This document shows, piece after piece, positions 32,103-43,150 of a DNA stretch of 64,000 bases; within the stretch, counting starts at the first letter, position 1; the number at the start of each line of letters is the position of its first letter. The DNA comes from an uncultured Piscirickettsiaceae bacterium (GTDB lineage Bacteria; Pseudomonadota; Gammaproteobacteria; GCF-002020875). The notes beneath the pieces are model-generated. The model did not search any database. It saw nothing but the letters and a program-made list of their open reading frames with translations, and had not been told where the DNA came from. The position numbers and the translations under genes are program-made. Where the stretch lies: NCBI GenBank assembly GCA_964344785.1, contig CAYFOR010000002.1:506-64505 (forward strand), given 5' to 3'.

Positions 32103-32960
32103 ATGAAGCAACCCAACCCACCTATTTCCGGTGTTGGCCTGGGGCTCCGGCGTGATCTTCTGGACACGCTGGAGGTGCAGATCCCCGGTTCCATCGAGTT
32201 TATGGAGGCTGCTCCTGAAAACTGGATGGGGCTTGGGGGCAGGCTGCGCGACTCACTGGAACGGGTTGTGGAGCAGGTCCCGTTGATCTGTCATGGACTT
32301 TCACTCAATCTTGGAGGTTACAGTCCACTCGATCAACAATTTCTAAAAGAGCTCCGTCAGTTCCTGGATCTCTATCAGATTCCGGTCTACAGCGAGCACC
32401 TCAGCTACTGTGGAGACCATGGACATCTTTATGACCTGATGCCGATCCCGTTTACAGAAGAGGCGGTGCGCTATGTCGTCGAACGTATTCGGCAGGTTGA
32501 AGATGCCTTGGAGCGTCCACTCGTATTGGAGAATATCTCCTACTACGCCGCACCGGGACAACAGATGAGTGAACTGGAATTTATCCAGGCGGTGCTGGAA
32601 GAGTCCGGGTGTGAGATGTTGCTGGATGTAAATAATATTTATGTCAACAGTGTCAATCACCGTTACGACCCGGCACAGTTTCTAAGTGAGCTCAGTGACC
32701 GGAAGATAAGTTATATCCATGTGGCCGGGCACTACCATGAGGCTGAAGATCTGATCGTGGATACTCATGGGGCTGCCGTGGAAGATCCGGTGTGGGCGTT
32801 GCTGCAGCAGGCCTACGGACAGTTTGGTGCAGTGCCTACGCTGTTGGAACGTGATTTCAATATTCCGGCCCTGGAAGAGTTGCTGGCAGAGATGGCACAG
32901 ATTCGCCAATACCAGCAGGCAGTGAACAATAGTGCAGAGGAGTTTGCGGATGTTGCATGA
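32103..32960 (+). CDS. DUF692-family protein (MbnB/BufB-like peptide-modifying enzyme)
   Basis: 285 aa; GVGLGLRRDLL..EFMEAAPENWMG..LICHGLSLNLGG..YSEHLSYCG..LVLENISYY matches the DUF692 signature. Confidence 0.85.
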   Translation: MKQPNPPISGVGLGLRRDLLDTLEVQIPGSIEFMEAAPENWMGLGGRLRDSLERVVEQVPLICHGLSLNLGGYSPLDQQFLKELRQFLDLYQIPVYSEHLSYCGDHGHLYDLMPIPFTEEAVRYVVERIRQVEDALERPLVLENISYYAAPGQQMSELEFIQAVLEESGCEMLLDVNNIYVNSVNHRYDPAQFLSELSDRKISYIHVAGHYHEAEDLIVDTHGAAVEDPVWALLQQAYGQFGAVPTLLERDFNIPALEELLAEMAQIRQYQQAVNNSAEEFADVA

Positions 32961-33738
32961 TCAAACCGCTCCATCTTATCGCTTTCAGCAACTGCAGCAG
33001 CAGTTTGCCGCTCATATTCGTTCCCCCGAACGGCAACCGATACCAGATGGGATCGAGGCCAGAAGGATGGCGATCTATGAGGAGCTGTTCTTCAATAATG
33101 TAGAGGGAATACTCGCCAGTGGATTTCCGGTGATTCGAACGCTCTATAGTGAAGAGAAGTGGCATCAGTTGGTACGGGACTTTTTCCATCTGCACCCCTG
33201 CAAGAGCCCCTATTTTTCACAAATCCCGTATGAATTTGTCCAATACCTGATGAATGAACGGGATCAGAGTTCGGATGATCCGCCATTTCTGCTGGAGTTG
33301 GCCCACTACGAATGGGTTGAGCTGGAGCTGAGTATCGATCCAGCCTCTCCGCAGTGGGATGAGTACGGCATGGTGGATGAGACTCTGCACCATATCGCGG
33401 TCCTCTCTCCGTTGGTCAGGGTATTGAGTTACCACTATCCGGTACAGATGATATCTGCCGAGAATGCACCAGTGGAGGCGCCACCGCAGCCAACCTATCT
33501 GTTGCTCTATCGGGACCGCAATCATGAGATCCACTTTATGGAGTCGAATCCGTTGGTCAACCGTCTCGTTGAATGGGTTGGTGAAGGGCGGGGTGCGGTG
33601 CGGGTGTTGCTGATCCAGTTGGCGGAGGAGTTTGGGCTCCCTGCAGATGAGGGCTGGTTGATGCATGGCAAGCAGCTACTGGATGAACTGGCCGTGCGCG
33701 GAGTCATTCTGGGCTATCAGACAAGCGGAGAGGAGTGA
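32950..33738 (+). CDS. DUF2063-family protein (MbnC/BufC-like partner)
   Basis: Overlaps the DUF692 end by 11 nt; N-terminal ..FQQLQQQFAAHIRSPE.. DUF2063-type domain; alternative start 32932. Confidence 0.7.
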   Translation: MLHDQTAPSYRFQQLQQQFAAHIRSPERQPIPDGIEARRMAIYEELFFNNVEGILASGFPVIRTLYSEEKWHQLVRDFFHLHPCKSPYFSQIPYEFVQYLMNERDQSSDDPPFLLELAHYEWVELELSIDPASPQWDEYGMVDETLHHIAVLSPLVRVLSYHYPVQMISAENAPVEAPPQPTYLLLYRDRNHEIHFMESNPLVNRLVEWVGEGRGAVRVLLIQLAEEFGLPADEGWLMHGKQLLDELAVRGVILGYQTSGEE

Positions 33739-34334
33739 TGATCCGGTTATTGATACAATTTCAGAAATGGATGGATCTGGGCCGAAATATCGATTTTCTG
33801 GCGCCACTGGCCTTGCGGCTCTATCTGGTACCGGTATTCCTGACTGCGGGCATGAACAAGGTCAACGGCTTTGAAAATGTCGTGGAGTGGTTCGGTAATA
33901 GTGAGTGGGGATTGGGACTTCCCCTTCCCTGGCTGATGGCGCTGTTGGCGACTGCAGCGGAGGTGATTGGTTCGCTGATGCTGCTGTTTGGATTTGGCGT
34001 TCGCTGGGCTACGATTCCCCTGATGGTGACAATGATCGTTGCGATCGTGACGGTCCATCTTGAGCATGGTTGGCAGGCTGTTGTCGATGGTAATAGCCCG
34101 TTCCCTCCGGCAGATTTGGCAGAAGCCCAGGAGCGACTACAGGCCGCTCGCTCCATTCTGCAGGAACATGGACACTATGACTGGCTGACGGCCAGTGGCA
34201 ATTTTGTAATTTCAAACAATGGAGTGGAGTGGGCAGTGACCTATCTTGTCATGCTGCTTGCGCTTTTCATCAGTGGAGGGGGGCGTTATCTGAGCGCGGA
34301 TTTCTGGATCAGAAGAAGATATTTTCCAGAATAA
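33735..34334 (+). CDS. DoxX-family membrane protein
   Basis: ATGA overlap with the DUF2063 stop; 199 aa, 3-4 TM segments, DoxX-like LALRLYLVPVFLTAGMNK. Confidence 0.75.
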   Translation: MMIRLLIQFQKWMDLGRNIDFLAPLALRLYLVPVFLTAGMNKVNGFENVVEWFGNSEWGLGLPLPWLMALLATAAEVIGSLMLLFGFGVRWATIPLMVTMIVAIVTVHLEHGWQAVVDGNSPFPPADLAEAQERLQAARSILQEHGHYDWLTASGNFVISNNGVEWAVTYLVMLLALFISGGGRYLSADFWIRRRYFPE

Positions 34335-34577
34335 TCAATTCTTTAGTGAACTAGAGCGGCCCAACTAACATTCAGTGCAGGTGTTCAATCCGGGCCGCTC
34401 CGTTCGCTTATTATTATCTTTACCGTTACCCGGATAGACAATACGCATAATTACGTATATTTGCCGGGTTTTTATTTTTATTGTTTGTATACAATAAGTT
34501 ATTTGTTTTGGTGCCCTTTTCTTACAGCGGCAGTTGATCTGCAAATGGTTATCTCTTGTCAGGTATAATCCAGTTCC

Positions 34578-34964
34578 ATGCAACTAGTCGCAATCGCCGC
34601 AGGCGGTGCCATGGGTGCCGTTGTACGATATCTTGTATCCAATGGAGTCCACCAGTGGTTGGGGCGTGGTTTCCCGTGGGGAACCCTGGTAGTCAATGTA
34701 ATGGGCTCGTTGGTGATGGGACTCCTGTTTGTGTTGCTGACGGAGCGTTTGGCGCTTGACCCCTTCTGGCGGGCATTGACGCTTGTCGGTTTTCTCAGTG
34801 CTTTCACTACCTTTTCAACGTTTTCGATCGAGACCTTGAACCTGATGGAGAGTGGTGAGTGGCTGCTGGCGGTGGTGAACGTGTTGAGTAGTGTCATGCT
34901 CTGTCTGTTGGCAGCCTGGCTGGGAATGGTGGTTGGTCGGGAAAGCCTGGGGATTGCACCATGA
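34578..34964 (+). CDS. crcB: fluoride ion channel CrcB/Fluc
   Basis: 128 aa, 4 TM; GAMGAVVRY..FPWGTL.VN..G.FTTFSTFS signature. Confidence 0.9.
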   Translation: MQLVAIAAGGAMGAVVRYLVSNGVHQWLGRGFPWGTLVVNVMGSLVMGLLFVLLTERLALDPFWRALTLVGFLSAFTTFSTFSIETLNLMESGEWLLAVVNVLSSVMLCLLAAWLGMVVGRESLGIAP

Positions 34965-35272
34965 GAAAAGAGGTGGTGATGATGGCGCGTCTCTACCTCT
35001 CAGAGGAGCATGCCCAGCTGAAATCGCTGCTGCAACTGCTACACGACCAGGAACAGGTGCGTGGCGTTACGGTTTTCCGTGGTATTGCCGGTTATGGCGA
35101 TAATGGAGAGGTTCATGGAACAGGGCTGGTCGACCTTTCGTTCAATCTGCCGCTGGTCATTGAATTCTTTGATTCACCGGAAAAGGTGGAGCGGGTATTG
35201 AACGATTTGGCGGAGAGAATGGATTCTGCTCATATGGTCTACTGGACCGCTGAGCAGATGGTTAAGGATTGA
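34961..35272 (+). CDS. DUF190-family protein (crcB-associated)
   Basis: ATGA overlap with the crcB stop; 103 aa ..ARLYLSE..VRGVTVFRGIAGYG.. typical DUF190; its TGA abuts a repeat copy. Confidence 0.7.
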   Translation: MRKEVVMMARLYLSEEHAQLKSLLQLLHDQEQVRGVTVFRGIAGYGDNGEVHGTGLVDLSFNLPLVIEFFDSPEKVERVLNDLAERMDSAHMVYWTAEQMVKD

Positions 35273-35409
35273 AACTGTTCAGTTCACCCCTGAAATCCGC
35301 CATCTCTGCGTTGTGAAATGGTCATTTATACGTATAAACTCACTCACGCCTTGATCTGACGAATTTGAAGGGCAATTTGAATCAGTTACTGGTTCTGGTG
35401 AGTAATTAC
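35273..35409 (+). repeat. MITE-like repeat, type A copy 5 (upstream of serS)
   Basis: aactgttcagttcacccctgaaatc..ttgtgaaatggtcat..cgtataaa..gaatttgaagggcaatttgaatcagttactggttctggtgagtaattac. Confidence 0.8.
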
Positions 35410-35439
35410 TTGGTAAACATGTGGATGGAGTACATGTAA

Positions 35440-36747
<1,308 letters not shown>

Positions 36748-36750
36748 TCA

Positions 36751-38178
36751 ATGGATTATTTACCGATTTTCATGGATGTGCGTGGTCGGAGCTGTCTGAT
36801 TGTCGGCGGCGGTGAGGTAGCAGCCCGCAAGGTGGAGATGCTGCTTCGGGCAGGCGCGGAGGTGGAGGTGGTCTCCCCATCGTTGGGGAAGACACTGAGC
36901 GATTATCATCAAAATCACCAGGTGCGGTGGATTGAGGCGGCTTTCGGACCGGAACATCTTCAACAGCCTGTGCTGGTCTATGCGGCAACCGACCAGCAGG
37001 AGATCAACCAGCAGGTATCTGAACTGGCAAAGGAGAAGAATATTCCGGTCAATGTGGTGGATACCCCGGCGCTTTGCAACTTCATTACCCCTTCCATTAT
37101 TGATCGATCACCGGTTGTGGCAGCAGTCTCAACCGGTGGTGCATCCCCTGTACTGGCACGCCTGATCCGTTCAAGGCTGGAGTCGATGATACCGGCAGCG
37201 TATGGGCGCTTTGCCACAATGGCAGCAAAATTCCGCCAGCAGGTGCAACAGAAGATCCCCGCCAGCCATCGCCGACTCTTTTGGGAAAAGGCCTTTCAGG
37301 GACCCATCGCCGAGATGATCTTCTCGGGTCGCAACCGGGAGGCTGAACATGCAATGGAAGAGATGGTGGAGCACTGCTGTCGCAGTGATGGTGGAGAACC
37401 ACTCAACCAGGGAGAGGTCTATCTGGTTGGTGGGGGACCGGGCGATCCGGATCTGCTGACCTTTCGTGCGCTGCGGTTGATGCAGCAGGCCGATGTGGTG
37501 GTCTATGATCGCCTGATCTCTCCCGCGGTACTTGATCTGACACGTCGGGATGCAGAGCGGATGTACGTTGGAAAGGAGCGGGATAACCACTCCGTGCCTC
37601 AGGATCAGATCAATCAGCTACTGGTCGACCTGGCAAAGCAGGGCAAACGGGTGGTGCGGCTGAAAGGGGGGGACCCCTTTATCTTCGGACGCGGTGGTGA
37701 AGAGATCGAACTGCTGGCCGAACATCAGATTCCGTTTCAGGTGGTTCCCGGCATCACGGCCGCTTCCGGTATCTCATCGTATGCCGGCATTCCACTGACT
37801 CACCGTGACCATGCGCAGTCGGTTACCTTCGCCACCGGACACCTGAAGGATGGTACCTCCAACCTCAATTGGCAGGCACTGGCGCAGCCGGGGCAGACGG
37901 TGGTTTTCTATATGGGGCTGAAGGGGATCGAGACCATTGCCGATCAGCTCATCGCCCACGGAATGGACCCGGATACACCGGCGGCACTGGTGCAAAAGGG
38001 GACAACACCGGATCAGGAGGAGTATATCGGCAGCCTGCAAACCCTCCCGCAAATTGTAAAAACCTCCAAAATCAAACCGCCGACACTGATCATTATCGGT
38101 TCGGTGGTGACCCTGCATGACAAGCTTGACTGGTTCCAGCCAGATGAGCAGCGGGGTAATGAGCCGCGGGTATTCTGA
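36751..38178 (+). CDS. cysG: siroheme synthase (uroporphyrinogen-III methyltransferase / precorrin-2 dehydrogenase / ferrochelatase)
   Basis: 475 aa; N-terminal Rossmann [12 protein letters not shown]; C-terminal SUMT domain [28 protein letters not shown]. Confidence 0.9.
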   Translation: MDYLPIFMDVRGRSCLIVGGGEVAARKVEMLLRAGAEVEVVSPSLGKTLSDYHQNHQVRWIEAAFGPEHLQQPVLVYAATDQQEINQQVSELAKEKNIPVNVVDTPALCNFITPSIIDRSPVVAAVSTGGASPVLARLIRSRLESMIPAAYGRFATMAAKFRQQVQQKIPASHRRLFWEKAFQGPIAEMIFSGRNREAEHAMEEMVEHCCRSDGGEPLNQGEVYLVGGGPGDPDLLTFRALRLMQQADVVVYDRLISPAVLDLTRRDAERMYVGKERDNHSVPQDQINQLLVDLAKQGKRVVRLKGGDPFIFGRGGEEIELLAEHQIPFQVVPGITAASGISSYAGIPLTHRDHAQSVTFATGHLKDGTSNLNWQALAQPGQTVVFYMGLKGIETIADQLIAHGMDPDTPAALVQKGTTPDQEEYIGSLQTLPQIVKTSKIKPPTLIIIGSVVTLHDKLDWFQPDEQRGNEPRVF

Positions 38179-38582
38179 TGACACAACAAGAGACCTCTAT
38201 ACCGACCATCCCGGATGAGTATTTTGTGGCGGCACTTCGGCTGATTGGGATGGCCAGCCTGGAGGGGGCTTATCATGCCTCGGAGTTTCGCAAGGTTGGG
38301 GAGGTGTATGACTTGTTAAGTGAGTTGCTGGAAGTGTATGCACAGGAGAAGAGCGATAATGCCCTGACTGAATCTCAGGAGGAGATGAGAGACCCCGGTC
38401 GGTTGACGATTGATCATCTCTTTATTATCGAAGTTGCGGTTGCCTTTGCCTTGGAACGGGGTAAACTGGAGTCACAGAGAACACTTGCCGAGGCGGTAAG
38501 GGACGGTTTTAAAGAGCATAATGATGCGATTCGTTCACAGGGTGAAGCTGTCGCCGACGAGGTGCAGCAACCAGTCGTCTAG
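38178..38582 (+). CDS. hypothetical protein (134 aa), translationally coupled to cysG
   Basis: ATGA overlap with the cysG stop; no recognised motif. Confidence 0.35.
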   Translation: MTQQETSIPTIPDEYFVAALRLIGMASLEGAYHASEFRKVGEVYDLLSELLEVYAQEKSDNALTESQEEMRDPGRLTIDHLFIIEVAVAFALERGKLESQRTLAEAVRDGFKEHNDAIRSQGEAVADEVQQPVV

Positions 38583-38728
38583 GAGGTAAAGGTTATATTC
38601 GGTTGTTCAGTCATCCGCTGGAACATATCTACTCTAGCGTAGGTGCGCTTGCTGGTTGAGTGAGTACGACAGAGTATTTTTCGGGAGCAAAAGAGACAGG
38701 TAGACAATAACAGGGAGCAACAGAAGAG

Positions 38729-39187
38729 ATGTTAGTGAAAGATATTATGAGCCGCGATGTTCGTTCGGTCACCCCGGAAACCCCGATGCGGGAGGTGGTT
38801 TCTGCAATGACGCTCTATCGGATCAGTGGGCTTCCGGTGCTTGAGGAGGGGCGTCTGGTCGGCTTCATTGCCGAGAAGGATGTGCTTCATCACCTTTTTC
38901 CATCACTTGAAGAGGCGATGAACCAGAGAGGGGCTTTCGACTTTGAAGATATGGAGGGGAACTACGCTCAGGTGGTGAACCTGAAGGTACGTGACTTGAT
39001 GGCGACCGGGGTCATCGGTGTCACTGAAGACATGCCGATCCTCAAGGCCACTTCACTGATGGTGCGCCATCGATTCCGTCGTATTCCGGTAGTGGATGGA
39101 GATCATCTGGTGGGGATGATGAGCCTGGGGGATGTCCATAAGGCGATTTTCAAGAAGACGATTGCCGATATCAGTATCAGGCTGTAA
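38729..39187 (+). CDS. CBS-pair domain protein
   Basis: 152 aa; two CBS motifs (..ISGLPVLEEGRLVGFIAEKDVL.., ..RIPVVDGDHLVGMMSLGDV..). Confidence 0.75.
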   Translation: MLVKDIMSRDVRSVTPETPMREVVSAMTLYRISGLPVLEEGRLVGFIAEKDVLHHLFPSLEEAMNQRGAFDFEDMEGNYAQVVNLKVRDLMATGVIGVTEDMPILKATSLMVRHRFRRIPVVDGDHLVGMMSLGDVHKAIFKKTIADISIRL

Positions 39188-39250
39188 CCGTAGATAGATC
39201 GTGCCTTTGTGACTGTATAAAAAGCAGTCAATGGCCAATGGAGGGGGATT

Positions 39251-40075
39251 GTGCGTGTATTGGGGGTGTTGATCGGGCTGATATGGAGTTCAGCACTTCT
39301 GGCAGAGGTGATTGAGGTCACCGTCTATGCCGACCGCAGTTATCCTCCCTACTCTTATGAAGATCAGGGGCAACCGAGTGGGGTCTATACCGAGATACTG
39401 AGGCAGGCTTTTGACCGGATGGAGGGGTACCGGGTTACCATTGTCCCTGTGCCATGGAAACGGGGGCTCTCCTACATCGAGAGCGGTCAGGGCTTTGCCA
39501 TCTATCCACCCTATTATCGCCCCGATCAACGTCCTTATATTCGTCCGTACTCAATGCCGATCATCGATGAGCGGGTTGTCGTGTTCTGTCATGAAGATGT
39601 CATGCAAGGCGCTGGTCGGCCTCATTGGCCCGAAGATTATTATGGGTTGTCCGTCGGCAACAATGCAGGTTTCGAGCTTGGAGGGATACGTTTCTGGCAA
39701 GCGGTCAAGGAAGGGAAGATCAAGCTGGATGAGTCTGGCGGTACCCGAAGCAATCTGTTGAAACTGGGCATGAAACGTGTCGATTGCTATATCAATGATC
39801 GATTATCGATTCTATTTGAGCTTGGCCAACTCAAGCGGATTGGGAAGTATCAGGAGGGAGCGGGGCATGCACGCCTGATTGAAGGGGCAACCATCTCCCT
39901 GGAGCAGGGCTTTATCGGTTTCACTGATCGCGACCAGGGACGATTTGGCTACAAGGATGACTTTATCAAACGGTTCAACACAATACTCTACGAGATGCGT
40001 AGAAGTGGTGAACTGGGCAGAATTGTTGATCGTTTTCTGGGAGGGAATGTGATCAATGACTCTGATCGCAGTTGA
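39251..40075 (+). CDS. periplasmic solute-binding protein (family-3-like), kinase-associated
   Basis: Signal peptide, 274 aa; upstream partner of a hybrid kinase. Confidence 0.5.
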   Translation: MRVLGVLIGLIWSSALLAEVIEVTVYADRSYPPYSYEDQGQPSGVYTEILRQAFDRMEGYRVTIVPVPWKRGLSYIESGQGFAIYPPYYRPDQRPYIRPYSMPIIDERVVVFCHEDVMQGAGRPHWPEDYYGLSVGNNAGFELGGIRFWQAVKEGKIKLDESGGTRSNLLKLGMKRVDCYINDRLSILFELGQLKRIGKYQEGAGHARLIEGATISLEQGFIGFTDRDQGRFGYKDDFIKRFNTILYEMRRSGELGRIVDRFLGGNVINDSDRS

Positions 40076-40087
40076 TACTCAAGTGGT

Positions 40088-43000
40088 ATGCAGTTGCTAT
40101 CCGCAGATTCCGGGTATCACATCAGTCTGAAGAGGAAGGTTCTGCTGGCTGTTGGTTTGATGGTGGGCATGGTGTTTGTTGTGGTGCTTTCCCTGAATAT
40201 CTGGAGTGAATACCAGAAACACAATGCCTGGGTCCATCAGCGCGGAGACCAGATGGCAGATTTTCTGGCGGGCGCATTGAAGCTGCCGCTATGGAATCTG
40301 GATCATGAGGTGGTCCATTCGGCGCTTCAGGTAGTTGCCAGTGATCCCGATTTTCTGGGGGCCTCCGTGATTGGAAGTGACGGCTCGGAGTATGTGGTCG
40401 GCACAGGAGAGCATGGTTATTCCATGATCACCTTCAGCAGGGATATCGTGTATGTGTCTCAGGAGAAAGAGCACCCATTGGGCAAGTTGCAGCTGGTCTT
40501 TTCGACAGAGCGATTGCGTATGTTTCTGTTTCAGAGAGTGGCCAGTGGAGTGCTTTGGTTCCTGCTTCTGCTGGCAGTGAATCTGCTGGTGATTTTCTAT
40601 GGCATACGCCTGATTACCAGGCCCATTGATCGACTGAAAGAGAATATGGATAGCTACTCAAGAGGGGAGTATGGCATCGAGGTATATGGTCTGGAACGTC
40701 GAGACGAGATTGGCCAGATTGCCCATATGCTGGAACTGCTGCGTATACACTCACTGGAGCGGGAGCAGATCAGACAGCAACTGGCCGATGCAAATAGTGA
40801 GCTGGAGTGGCGAGTAACCGAGCGCACCTATGAGCTGGCAAAGGAGGTTGAAGAACGCAAGCAGGCGGAGGTGCGTGCCAAGGCTGCAGATACAGCCAAA
40901 AGTCGCTTTTTGGCCAGTATGAGTCATGAGATACGCACGCCAATGAACGGTATCATCGGCCTGACCTATCTGGCCCTGAAAGACAGGCTTCCTCCCCATC
41001 AGGAGGATTATCTGAACAAGATACGTGCATCGGCAAAGACCTTGCTGGAGATCATCAATGATGTTCTGGATTTCTCAAAGATTGAAGCGGGTGAGATGCA
41101 GATTGAGCAGGTGCCGTTTGATCTGTGTGAGGTGCTCGATCAGATCTCCAATATCTTTGCGTTCGAGGCGGCCGAGAAGGGGATGGAGATTCTGTTCGAC
41201 CTTGATCAGCAGACGCCGATTGATCTGGTCGGTGACCCGGTCAGAATCCAGCAGATCCTGGTCAATCTGACCAATAATGCGATCAAGTTTACCGATCATG
41301 GGGCGGTTACCATTCGTATCCATCCTCAGTGGCTGGCAGATGATCAGGTCAATCTTTCGGTAGAGGTTGAAGATACCGGAATAGGCATTAGTGAAGAGAA
41401 TCGGGCACAGCTGTTCAAGTCATTTTCGCAGGCGGATCACTCCGTTGCGCGGAAATATGGGGGCACGGGGCTGGGCTTGGCGATCTCCAAGCAGTTGGTG
41501 GAGTTGATGGGAGGAGAGATCGGTGTTGACAGTACATTGGGTGTTGGGTCAATCTTCTATTTCACGCTCCCGCTCATGCTCCAGCATGGAGAGATCGTGT
41601 CGCCTGTAGAAGAGGTGGTGGATGCCCCGATTATGGTGGCTGATGATAATGATCGGGCACGAGATGTCATCGGAAAAATGCTGCGACAACAGCATTACAA
41701 TGTATCAACAGCAGGTTCCCTGCAAGAGCTGATCGCCCGGCTGCAACAGGCAGATGATGACGATCAACCTTTTCAGGTGCTGTTGCTGGATTGGGAAATG
41801 TCTAACCTTGGGGGGGAACAGGTGGTTCAACAGATTGAGCGGTTAGGGTTGACCAAGGCGCCTGCGATTATTGCGCTGACTACAGATGCTGGTGAGCTGG
41901 CCCGTCAGCATGTTGGTGCACAGATTGCTGCACATCTGGTCAAACCGGTATTGCCGACACCATTGCGTGTTGCTGTGAACGCTGTATTGCAGCAGGATGG
42001 ATCCGATAGGGGAGAGGAGAACCGTGTGGATTTGGAGGATGAACATGAGCCGCAAGATCATGCTACCCGTCGGGTCAATCTTGATGTGCTGCTGGTGGAA
42101 GACAATATGGTCAACCAGCAAGTGGCCAGGGAGATCCTGAAAGGCATTGGCGCAAGGGTTTCCATTGCCAATGATGGTGTGGAAGCCATCGAGATGGTCG
42201 AGAACAGTCGCTATGATGTGGTACTGATGGATATTCAGATGCCCAGAATGGATGGGCTCAGTGCGACCAGAAAGCTTCGGGAGCGCTATACCGCAGAGCA
42301 GTTGCCGATTATTGCGATGACTGCCAATGTGATGGCAGAAGACAGAGAGCGTGCCATGGCATCAGGTATGAATGGCTTCCTTGGAAAACCAATCAATATC
42401 CCCCTGCTGATCGATACCCTGATCTCCTGCTGTCATGGCAATCATGTTGATCAACACGGCTCTTCTGGTGAAGCGAAGAGTGAAATCAGTACAGATGAGA
42501 TTCGAGAGGAGAAAGTGATGGTTGCAGACGGCAAAGAAGAATATGAGTGGCCTGAACAGCTTCCCGGGCTCAATGTCAGTGAAGGCCTGGAACGACTCCT
42601 CGGCAGTCACGAGATCTATCAACAGGTGTTGAAGAGCTTTGTAGAGGACAACAGTGACTTCATGACAACCTTTGAACGGGAGTTGCAGGATGAAGACAAC
42701 GAAAACTGTCGTCGTACCATCCATACGCTGAAGGGAAGTGCAGCCAATATTTCAGCAAATGATCTTTCGGAAAAAAGCAGAGAGATCGAGCTGCTCGTTA
42801 TTGCAGGAGAGCCGGTTTCTGTAGAGTTGAGGGCGGAGCTGCGTGAACGGATTGATGAGGTGATGCACTCCATTGCGCTGTTGATCCCCAGTAATAATGA
42901 GAATGAACCGACGAATGCCCCAGGTGAGCTACGCCCGGCTACCGTCGATGAATTTGCCCATATGGAGCGGCTGCTGCAGGAGTTGAAGACAAAAGATCTG

Positions 43001-43150
43001 AACGCTGCGGAAACAATGAAGCAGGCCGAGCACTGGTTGCGGCATGTGCTGGAAGCGGTTGCAGTCAATCAACTCTCTGATATGATAGCAAAGTTGGACT
43101 TTTCAGCTGCAGCTCAACTGCTACAGCAGTGGGTTGAGGATAATCGTTAA
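40088..43150 (+). CDS. hybrid sensor histidine kinase (HAMP-HisKA-HATPase-REC-REC-HPt)
   Basis: 1020 aa; TM segments; H-box [11 protein letters not shown]; G-box [14 protein letters not shown]; two receiver domains (..VLLLDWEMS.., [21 protein letters not shown]); C-terminal HPt [10 protein letters not shown]. Confidence 0.85.
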   Translation: MQLLSADSGYHISLKRKVLLAVGLMVGMVFVVVLSLNIWSEYQKHNAWVHQRGDQMADFLAGALKLPLWNLDHEVVHSALQVVASDPDFLGASVIGSDGSEYVVGTGEHGYSMITFSRDIVYVSQEKEHPLGKLQLVFSTERLRMFLFQRVASGVLWFLLLLAVNLLVIFYGIRLITRPIDRLKENMDSYSRGEYGIEVYGLERRDEIGQIAHMLELLRIHSLEREQIRQQLADANSELEWRVTERTYELAKEVEERKQAEVRAKAADTAKSRFLASMSHEIRTPMNGIIGLTYLALKDRLPPHQEDYLNKIRASAKTLLEIINDVLDFSKIEAGEMQIEQVPFDLCEVLDQISNIFAFEAAEKGMEILFDLDQQTPIDLVGDPVRIQQILVNLTNNAIKFTDHGAVTIRIHPQWLADDQVNLSVEVEDTGIGISEENRAQLFKSFSQADHSVARKYGGTGLGLAISKQLVELMGGEIGVDSTLGVGSIFYFTLPLMLQHGEIVSPVEEVVDAPIMVADDNDRARDVIGKMLRQQHYNVSTAGSLQELIARLQQADDDDQPFQVLLLDWEMSNLGGEQVVQQIERLGLTKAPAIIALTTDAGELARQHVGAQIAAHLVKPVLPTPLRVAVNAVLQQDGSDRGEENRVDLEDEHEPQDHATRRVNLDVLLVEDNMVNQQVAREILKGIGARVSIANDGVEAIEMVENSRYDVVLMDIQMPRMDGLSATRKLRERYTAEQLPIIAMTANVMAEDRERAMASGMNGFLGKPINIPLLIDTLISCCHGNHVDQHGSSGEAKSEISTDEIREEKVMVADGKEEYEWPEQLPGLNVSEGLERLLGSHEIYQQVLKSFVEDNSDFMTTFERELQDEDNENCRRTIHTLKGSAANISANDLSEKSREIELLVIAGEPVSVELRAELRERIDEVMHSIALLIPSNNENEPTNAPGELRPATVDEFAHMERLLQELKTKDLNAAETMKQAEHWLRHVLEAVAVNQLSDMIAKLDFSAAAQLLQQWVEDNR

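Noticed and set aside
31776-32194. Several overlapping ORFs in other frames and on the other strand across the EGKCG repeat region
   Set aside because: Generated by the tandem coding repeat; only the plus-strand frame has a signal peptide, correct context and coupling to the DUF692 gene.
34335-34577. Fluoride riboswitch upstream of crcB
   Set aside because: No conserved riboswitch core motifs found by eye; reported as a finding to be checked with Infernal rather than as a feature.
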